Part shown: positions 7,706 through 13,144 of the stretch, piece by piece
Layout: every line of letters begins with the position of its first letter
How positions within the stretch are numbered: the stretch's first letter is position 1
DNA from: an archaeon
GTDB taxonomy: Archaea > Iainarchaeota > Iainarchaeia > Iainarchaeales > 1-14-0-10-31-34
Direction of reading: 5' to 3'
NCBI GenBank assembly: GCA_043819075.1
Contig: JBDRFE010000011.1
Location: 1-13,144, forward strand
DNA length: 13,144 bases
Notes under the pieces: generated by a model
What the model saw: the letters and a program-made list of their open reading frames with translations, nothing else
Databases searched by the model: none
Told to the model about the DNA's origin: nothing
Translations under genes and position numbers: made by a program

Positions 7706-8658
7706 TTTTTCTTCAATGGCTCCCACCACCAGGAATTCTGTTTATACCATGAAATTGTTTCCTTTAATGCAGTTTCAAAAGAATGCTCTGGCTTAAAGCC
7801 TAAATCATTTATTTTAGTGCAGTCCAAAGCATACCTTAAGTCATGGCCTTTCCTGTCTTCAACAAATTCAATCATGCTTTTATTCTTTCCTAATTCATTT
7901 AAAATAAATTCTGTTACCTCTAAATTTGTTTTCTCATTTCCTGCCCCGGCATTAAATGTTTCTCCTTTTTTTCCTTTCTCCATTACTTTAATTATTGCAT
8001 CACAGTTGTCTTTGACAAAAATCCAGTCCCTTGAATTTTTTCCGTCACCATAAACAGGCACTTTCTTGTTTTCAAGCAGATTGGTTACAAACAATGGAAT
8101 CAGTTTTTCAGGAAACTGGTTTGGACCGAAATTATTTGACGAACGAGTAATCTTTACATCTAAGCCATAAGTCTTGAAATAAGAAAAAGCAAGCCTGTCA
8201 GCTCCGGCTTTTGAAGCAGAATAAGGCGAAGACGGCATTAAAGGGCTGTCCTCGGAAAAAAAACCGTTGTTAATGCTGCCATACACTTCATCAGTTGAGA
8301 TTTGAATTATGCCAATGTCTTTTTTTCTTGCTTCCTCTAACAAGACAAATGTTCCAAAAACATCTGTTTTAATGAAGTCTTCAGGAGAAGTGATTGAACG
8401 GTCAACATGGGATTCAGCTGCAAAATTAATTATTAAATCAGAATCTTTTGCGGCTTTTGCAACAATTTTTTTGTCACAAATGTCGCCTTTAATGAAAGAA
8501 TAATTTTTGTTTGATTCAACTTCTTTCAGGTTTTCAAGCCTGCCGGCATAAGTCAGCTTGTCTAAATTTGTTATTTTTGCTTCAGGGTAAACAGAAAAAA
8601 AATGCTTGATAAAATTGCTGCCAATAAAGCCTGCCCCGCCTGTTACAAGAACATTCAT
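7702..8658 (-). CDS. rmlB: dTDP-glucose 4,6-dehydratase
   Basis: LVTGGAGFIGSN, DKLTYAG, FAAESHVDRSI, ISTDEVYG, PSSPYSASKA, NNFGPNQFPEKLIP, DRKGHDLRY. Start at ATG 8658 with a GTGG SD-like site. Confidence 0.96.
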   Translation of the reverse strand: MNVLVTGGAGFIGSNFIKHFFSVYPEAKITNLDKLTYAGRLENLKEVESNKNYSFIKGDICDKKIVAKAAKDSDLIINFAAESHVDRSITSPEDFIKTDVFGTFVLLEEARKKDIGIIQISTDEVYGSINNGFFSEDSPLMPSSPYSASKAGADRLAFSYFKTYGLDVKITRSSNNFGPNQFPEKLIPLFVTNLLENKKVPVYGDGKNSRDWIFVKDNCDAIIKVMEKGKKGETFNAGAGNEKTNLEVTEFILNELGKNKSMIEFVEDRKGHDLRYALDCTKINDLGFKPEHSFETALKETISWYKQNSWWWEPLKKK

Positions 8659-8690
8659 TTCAACCACAAAAATATAATCAAGCAAAACAA

Positions 8691-9626
8691 TTAAAGATTA
8701 TTAACTCCCTTAAAATAATCAATTGTAATCTTTAATCCTTCTTCTAACGGAACTTTTGGCTTCCAGCCGAGCTTTTCTACTGCAAGCGAAATATCAGGTT
8801 TTCTCTGCTTTGGGTCGTCTTTTAACGCAGGAAGGAATTCAATTTCAAGGTCTTTATTGCTTAACTTTTTTATTTTTTCAGCAAACTCAAGTATAGTGAA
8901 TTCTTCAGGGTTTCCTAAATTTACAGGCCCGGAAAAATCCGATTCCATCATTTTAATTAATCCTTCAACCATGTCAGAAACAAAACAAAAGCTTCTTGTC
9001 TGCTTTCCGTTTCCGTAAACTGTCAGAGGCTTGTTGTTTAATGCCTGAACAATAAAATTCGGAACAACCCTTCCGTCATCTGGCTTCATTTTAGGGCCAT
9101 AGGTGTTGAATATCCTAACAATTTTTCCCTTAAAAGAAAACTTTTTTTCATATGCCTTGATTAATGCCTCAGAAAAACGCTTTGATTCATCATAACAGGA
9201 ACGTTCGCCAACAGGATTAACATTACCCCAATAAGATTCTTTTTGCGGGTGCTCCAAAGGGTCGCCGTAAATTTCTGAAGTAGAAGTAAACAAAAATTTT
9301 GCCTTGTTTTTTAATGCCAGATCCAAAAGATTTTTTGTCCCAAGAGAACCAACCAGCATTGTTTCAACTGGCTTGGAAAAATAATCAACCGGAGAAGCAA
9401 GAGAAGCTAAATGATAAACTTCTTCAAATTTTTCTTCAAAAGAAAAACTATTAATGTCCTGCTGAATAAAATGAAATCTTTTATTTTCAAGCAAAAAAGC
9501 AATGTTTTTTTTGTTTCCTGAAATTAAATTGTCTGCACAAAAAACTTCTTTCTTTTTTTCAAGCAATGCCTCGCATAAATTGCTTCCGATGAATCCTGCC
9601 CCGCCTGCAACCAGAACTTTTTCCAT
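8691..9626 (-). CDS. uxs: UDP-glucuronate decarboxylase (UDP-xylose synthase)
   Basis: GGAGFIGS, HLASLASPVDY, TSTSEIYGDP, YWGNVNPVGERSCYDESKR, RIFNTYGP, DGRVVPNFIVQAL, QTRSFCFVSD, DDPKQRKPDI. Confidence 0.92.
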   Translation of the reverse strand: MEKVLVAGGAGFIGSNLCEALLEKKKEVFCADNLISGNKKNIAFLLENKRFHFIQQDINSFSFEEKFEEVYHLASLASPVDYFSKPVETMLVGSLGTKNLLDLALKNKAKFLFTSTSEIYGDPLEHPQKESYWGNVNPVGERSCYDESKRFSEALIKAYEKKFSFKGKIVRIFNTYGPKMKPDDGRVVPNFIVQALNNKPLTVYGNGKQTRSFCFVSDMVEGLIKMMESDFSGPVNLGNPEEFTILEFAEKIKKLSNKDLEIEFLPALKDDPKQRKPDISLAVEKLGWKPKVPLEEGLKITIDYFKGVNNL

Positions 9627-9635
9627 AAAAAAACC

Positions 9636-10511
9636 TTAAAGCAGGTTCCTCATGATTTCCCTTGCTTCTTTTCTCATGTCATCTCTTTGCATTGAATACT
9701 CAAGGCATGCTTTCAAGTAGCTTATTTTGTCTCCGACAGTAAGCCATTTGCCGTCTTTTATTTCATAAGCCATCATTTTGTCAATTTCATTTAAAACCCT
9801 TAATCCGTCAGTTAACTGCAGTTCGTTTCCCTTGCCAAAAGGCACTTCCTCTAAAATCCCAAAAATTTCAGGCTTCAACAAATATCTTCCGACAATAGCT
9901 AAATTTGACGGGGCTTTGCTTGCAACAGGCTTTTCAACCATGTCCTGCACAACAATTTCCCCGTCTTTTTTTTTGTATTTTATTACCCCAAATTTTGATA
10001 CCTCTGTTTTCGGAACTTGTGCAACACACAAAACAGAACTGTTGAATTTGTCATGAATGTCAATCAATTTTTTGAGTGCAGGCTCTTTTGAAAGAATTAA
10101 GTCATCGCCAAGCATTACAGCAAAAGGCTCATTGCCAATATGCTTTTTTGCGCATAAAACAGCATGACCTAAACCCAATGGCTCTTTTTGCCTGATGTAA
10201 TGAATGTCAGCCAAAGAATCAATTCTCTTCATTTTGCCAAGCAAATCTTTTTTCTGTTTTTTTTCAAGCAAGTCATATAATTCACTTGAATGGTCAAAAT
10301 GGTTTTCAATTGCAGTCTTGTCTTTTCCTGTGACAATAATAATGTCCTGAATTCCAGAGGCAACAGCTTCTTCAACTAAATACTGGATTGCAGGCTTGTC
10401 AACAACAGGAAACATTTCTTTTGGCACAGCCTTTGAAGCAGGCAAAAACCTTGTGCCTAACCCTGCAGCAGGAATAACCGCTTTCCTGACAAAATTTCTT
10501 TCTTTACCCAT
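9636..10511 (-). CDS. galU: UTP--glucose-1-phosphate uridylyltransferase
   Basis: KAVIPAAGLGTRFLPASKAVPKEM, IENHFD, RQKEPLGLGHAV, LGDD, VEKP, GRY, ELQLTD. ATG 10511 is preceded by a GGTGA SD (10518-10522) that contains the ugd stop. Confidence 0.95.
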   Translation of the reverse strand: MGKERNFVRKAVIPAAGLGTRFLPASKAVPKEMFPVVDKPAIQYLVEEAVASGIQDIIIVTGKDKTAIENHFDHSSELYDLLEKKQKKDLLGKMKRIDSLADIHYIRQKEPLGLGHAVLCAKKHIGNEPFAVMLGDDLILSKEPALKKLIDIHDKFNSSVLCVAQVPKTEVSKFGVIKYKKKDGEIVVQDMVEKPVASKAPSNLAIVGRYLLKPEIFGILEEVPFGKGNELQLTDGLRVLNEIDKMMAYEIKDGKWLTVGDKISYLKACLEYSMQRDDMRKEAREIMRNLL

Positions 10512-10517
10512 TTTCAA

Positions 10518-11783
10518 TCACCACGACAGCCCTACATAATTAACAATTTTCTTTTCTTTAAAAATGTTTCTGGCATCAAAAACAGGCTTTCCCCTGAAAT
10601 CCAGGCCAGAAAACTCAGGCCAGCCGGTCAAAACAAGGATTAAATCGCTTGAATCAATTGTTTTCTGGGCTGAATCGGCATAAGATATTCCTGAAATTTC
10701 TTTTTTCATGTTTTTTTCTGCTTTAGGGTCATGCGCCAAAACAACAGCTTTTTCTTTTAAAAGCAATTTAATTACCGGAATAGAACGGCTTTCCCTTACA
10801 TCATCTGTTCCGGGCTTGAAAGCCAATCCAAGCACACCAACTTTTTTTCCTTTAAGGCTGGTTTTAGACTTGATTAAGTCAAGAAAAATTTTTGGCTGTT
10901 CTTCGTTGACTTTCATCACAGAGTCAAGCAAAAAAGTTTTTACCCCAAGCTCTTTTCCTTTTGCAATTAAAGCAGAAACATCTTTTGGAAAACAGCTTCC
11001 TCCGAAGCCCAGGCCAGCATTCAAAAAATGAGGTGAAATTCTTTTATCCAAGCCAACTCCTTTTGCAACAGTATAAGTGTTAATTCCCAGCTTTTTACAG
11101 ATATTGCCTACTTCATTAATAAAAGAAATTTTTGCTGCAAGCAAAGAATTGGAAGCGTATTTAATCATTTCAGCTTCAGACAGCCCGCAATAAAACTTTG
11201 GAGAAGAAAAATCTGCATAAACTTGGTTCAAAACATTTTCTGTTTTTTTGTCGGTTAAACCCAAAATAATCCTGTCAGGGTTCAGAAAATCTTCAAGCGC
11301 AAAGCCTTCCCTTAATGTTTCAGGGTTCATGCACAAGCCGAATTCACCTGATTTTTTTCCTGAAAATTTTTCAAGCAAAGGCAAAACAATTTTTTCTGTA
11401 GTAGAAGGCACCACAGTGCTTTTCACAACAACAACATGAAAAGAATTTTTTTCTTTTAACGCCAAAGCAAGCTGTTTTGAAACAGACTCAACTGCACTCA
11501 AATCACATTTGCCTTTTTCATCACAAGGAGTTCCCACACAAATAAAAGATACATCGGATTCAAGAACTGATTTTTTTAAGTCAGCTGAAGCAGTCAAAGA
11601 AACAGGGACAACCTTGTTTAATGCTTCCTGCAATCCTTCTTCAAAAATAGGGGGAATTTTATTGTTAATCATTTCAACTTTTTCAGTATTGTTGTCAACA
11701 CAGACAACTTTATGGCCTTTAAGCGCAAAGCCGACTCCGGTAATAAGGCCGACATAGCCTGTTCCGATAACAGAAATATTCAT
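10518..11783 (-). CDS. ugd: UDP-glucose 6-dehydrogenase (UDP-glucose/GDP-mannose dehydrogenase family)
   Basis: IGTGYVG, ICVGTP, KSTV, NPETLREG, AEMIKYASN, GFGGSCFPKD (catalytic Cys), GLAFKPGTDDVRES, DARN. ATG 11783 with GGATGTGA upstream. Confidence 0.94.
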   Translation of the reverse strand: MNISVIGTGYVGLITGVGFALKGHKVVCVDNNTEKVEMINNKIPPIFEEGLQEALNKVVPVSLTASADLKKSVLESDVSFICVGTPCDEKGKCDLSAVESVSKQLALALKEKNSFHVVVVKSTVVPSTTEKIVLPLLEKFSGKKSGEFGLCMNPETLREGFALEDFLNPDRIILGLTDKKTENVLNQVYADFSSPKFYCGLSEAEMIKYASNSLLAAKISFINEVGNICKKLGINTYTVAKGVGLDKRISPHFLNAGLGFGGSCFPKDVSALIAKGKELGVKTFLLDSVMKVNEEQPKIFLDLIKSKTSLKGKKVGVLGLAFKPGTDDVRESRSIPVIKLLLKEKAVVLAHDPKAEKNMKKEISGISYADSAQKTIDSSDLILVLTGWPEFSGLDFRGKPVFDARNIFKEKKIVNYVGLSW

Positions 11784-11794
11784 TAAATCACATC

Positions 11795-11807
11795 CATAAG
11801 CAGTATG
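11795..11807. promoter_or_regulatory. Putative operator 1 (CATA-N5-TATG), next to the ugd start
   Basis: CATAagcAGTATG, 11 nt upstream of the ugd ATG; matches operator 2 at 10 of 13 positions. Confidence 0.55.
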
Positions 11808-11820
11808 TAATAAAAAAAAC

Positions 11821-11840
11821 AAGAAAAGGCTTTAAAATAA
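11821..11840. promoter_or_regulatory. Putative (bidirectional) BRE/TATA element of the divergent ugd / regulator promoter
   Basis: AAGAAAAGGC TTTAAAATAA: a purine-rich BRE-like run, then the palindromic TTTAAA at 11831-11836, lying between the two operators. Confidence 0.55.
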
Positions 11841-11846
11841 GAATGA

Positions 11847-11863
11847 GTCATATGAAGTATGAC
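11847..11863. promoter_or_regulatory. Putative operator 2 (GTCATA-N5-TATGAC)
   Basis: Perfect 6-5-6 inverted repeat ending 5 nt before the ATG of the RHH-fusion gene. Confidence 0.65.
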
Positions 11864-11868
11864 AGTGT

Positions 11869-12675
11869 ATGAGAAAAAGGGTTACAATCACAATAAAAGA
11901 AGACATTCTCAGGCAGGTTGACAGGATAGTTGACGGATTAAGCATCAGGAGCAGGAGCCAGGCAATGGAATACCTTTTGTCAAAAACCCTTTCTGATTAC
12001 AAAATAAAAAATGCACTGGTTTTAGCAGGGGGAAAAGAGCTGATAAAAGGAGTGGAAGAAAAAAGCAGGTTTTTGCTTGAAATAAACGGGAAACCCCTCC
12101 TTGAAAAAGTGATAAATCATTTAGAGGAATTCAATGCAGGCAAAATAACTGTGAATGTTGACTCAAACAAAGAAAAAATAATTAATGCATTAAACAGGAA
12201 AAAAATTTCAGCTGACTTTCTTGAACTCGAAAAATCTTCGGGAACAATTGAACCGCTTTCTAGGATGAAAAACCAGTTCACTGACACTTTTATTGTGGTT
12301 AACGGCGACACATTATCAAGCATTAACTTAAATGAAATGCTTTCCTTTCACAGAACAAACAAATCTATTGCAACAATTGCATTGACGACAGTAAACAATC
12401 CAAGGGATTACGGGGTGGCAATGCTGCAGGGGGAAAAAATAACTGATTTTACAGAAAAACCGAAAAAAGAGGCAGGAAGCTATCTGATTAGCGCAGGATA
12501 TTATATTTTTGAACCAGAAATATTCAGATACATTTCCAGGAACATGAAAAGCATTGAAAAAGACTTGTTTCCAAGGCTGGTGGAAAAAGGGCTTTTAATC
12601 GGCTATCCTTTTCAGGGAATGTACTTTAACATCAACACAAAAAAAGACTTTGAGAAAGCAAAAAGAATTTTGTGA
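11869..12675 (+). CDS. Ribbon-helix-helix (NikR/CopG-like) domain fused to a degenerate sugar-phosphate nucleotidyltransferase domain; putative transcriptional regulator
   Basis: Residues 1-42 MRKRVTITIKEDILRQVDRIVDGLSIRSRSQAMEYLL have the RHH pattern (alternating beta-strand, LxxxD helix, SRS turn). The remainder is NTP-transferase-like (LVLAGG, INGKP, VNGD, DYGV, FTEKP, AGYYIF, SIEKDLFP) but lacks the GxGTR and PK motifs. Confidence 0.85.
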   Translation: MRKRVTITIKEDILRQVDRIVDGLSIRSRSQAMEYLLSKTLSDYKIKNALVLAGGKELIKGVEEKSRFLLEINGKPLLEKVINHLEEFNAGKITVNVDSNKEKIINALNRKKISADFLELEKSSGTIEPLSRMKNQFTDTFIVVNGDTLSSINLNEMLSFHRTNKSIATIALTTVNNPRDYGVAMLQGEKITDFTEKPKKEAGSYLISAGYYIFEPEIFRYISRNMKSIEKDLFPRLVEKGLLIGYPFQGMYFNINTKKDFEKAKRIL

Positions 12676-12684
12676 GGCTCATCC

Positions 12685-12720
12685 AAAAAACCTTTTAAAA
12701 AAAGGTTTAACAAAAAAAAA
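12685..12720 (-). terminator. Putative terminator between convergent genes (AT-rich hairpin plus T-tracts)
   Basis: AAACCTTTT-aaa-AAAAGGTTT inverted repeat at 12688-12708. On the minus strand it is preceded by T9 (12712-12720) and ends in T6 (12685-12690). Confidence 0.5.
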
Positions 12721-12727
12721 CAGCGAA

Positions 12728-13144
12728 CTACGCATAAAAACTTTCAAACAATTCTTTTTCCTCTAAAACCTGTTTTTCTGTAATACCCTTAAAGTGCTCG
12801 ATTATAACAGGAATTTTTTTAATCTGCTTTATTGGCTTCAATAATTCAAGCTCTTTTTCTGTTACAGGCTGATGGATTTTTTTTCCAACAGGCCTATGCA
12901 AATGAATCTCATTAATTTTTCCGCTGAACTGAATTAAATCAGGATAAGTTTTGTCCGACAAGGAATGCCCTAAATCAAACAATAAACCAAGCGAAGGAAA
13001 AGAACTGAATACTTTTTCAAAGTTTTTTCCATAAACCAGGGCTTTTTCTTCTGTTGAAGTAATGTTTTCAATTACAAGCTCAAACTTGTTTCCGGGATTT
13101 TTTTCAGAAAAATATTCAAGAACTTCAAACAAATTTTTCCAGGA
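12728..13144 (-). CDS. Sugar phosphate isomerase/epimerase / AP endonuclease 2 family TIM-barrel protein, C-terminal part (5' end outside the window)
   Basis: The frame stays open to the window edge (SWKNLFEV...). Metal-ligand pattern LVIENI, LLFDLGH, EIHLH, H, VIIEH. Confidence 0.8.
   Translation of the reverse strand, partial: SWKNLFEVLEYFSEKNPGNKFELVIENITSTEEKALVYGKNFEKVFSSFPSLGLLFDLGHSLSDKTYPDLIQFSGKINEIHLHRPVGKKIHQPVTEKELELLKPIKQIKKIPVIIEHFKGITEKQVLEEKELFESFYA

Noticed and set aside
7817..11757. Six short plus-strand ORFs within rmlB, galU and ugd
   Set aside because: Antisense shadows of well-conserved enzymes.
11784..11822. 13-codon N-terminal extension of Ugd given by the ORF track (likewise the extensions for the flippase, RmlD, RmlB and GalU)
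   Set aside because: Downstream ATGs match the family N-termini and have SD sites or ATGA coupling; for ugd the extension covers the promoter/operator.
11869..12000. Calling the RHH protein NikR
   Set aside because: Only the DNA-binding domain is similar; there is no His/Cys-containing ACT nickel-binding domain and no nickel genes nearby.
12117..12323. 68-aa minus-strand ORF
   Set aside because: Antisense to the RHH-fusion gene; no motifs.
1..13144. CRISPR arrays, tRNA/rRNA genes, IS elements, inteins
   Set aside because: None seen; intergenic gaps are short (under 180 bp) and protein lengths match their families.

Overview
AT-rich, lysine-rich window that is almost entirely a surface-glycan / nucleotide-sugar biosynthesis locus. 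It is probably archaeal, an inference from BRE-TATA-like promoters and GGTGA/GTGA ribosome-binding sites, and the composition is compatible with a DPANN-type genome. Left part: a partial perosamine-synthase-like PLP aminotransferase (missed by the ORF track), a class I SAM methyltransferase, a Wzx-type flippase, an NDP-hexose C-methyltransferase, a DUF268-like methyltransferase-fold protein and a GT4 glycosyltransferase. Right part: a tight minus-strand operon ugd-galU-uxs-rmlB-rmlD-rmlA, with no rmlC. The most interesting element is the gene divergent from that operon (11869..12675). It fuses a NikR-like ribbon-helix-helix DNA-binding domain to a sugar-phosphate nucleotidyltransferase domain whose catalytic motifs are degenerate. 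The shared 85-bp intergenic region carries two copies of a CATA-N5-TATG palindrome flanking a central TATA element. Together these suggest a nucleotide-sugar-sensing pseudoenzyme transcription factor with its cognate operators. The window ends in a partial TIM-barrel sugar isomerase/AP-endonuclease-2 family gene.
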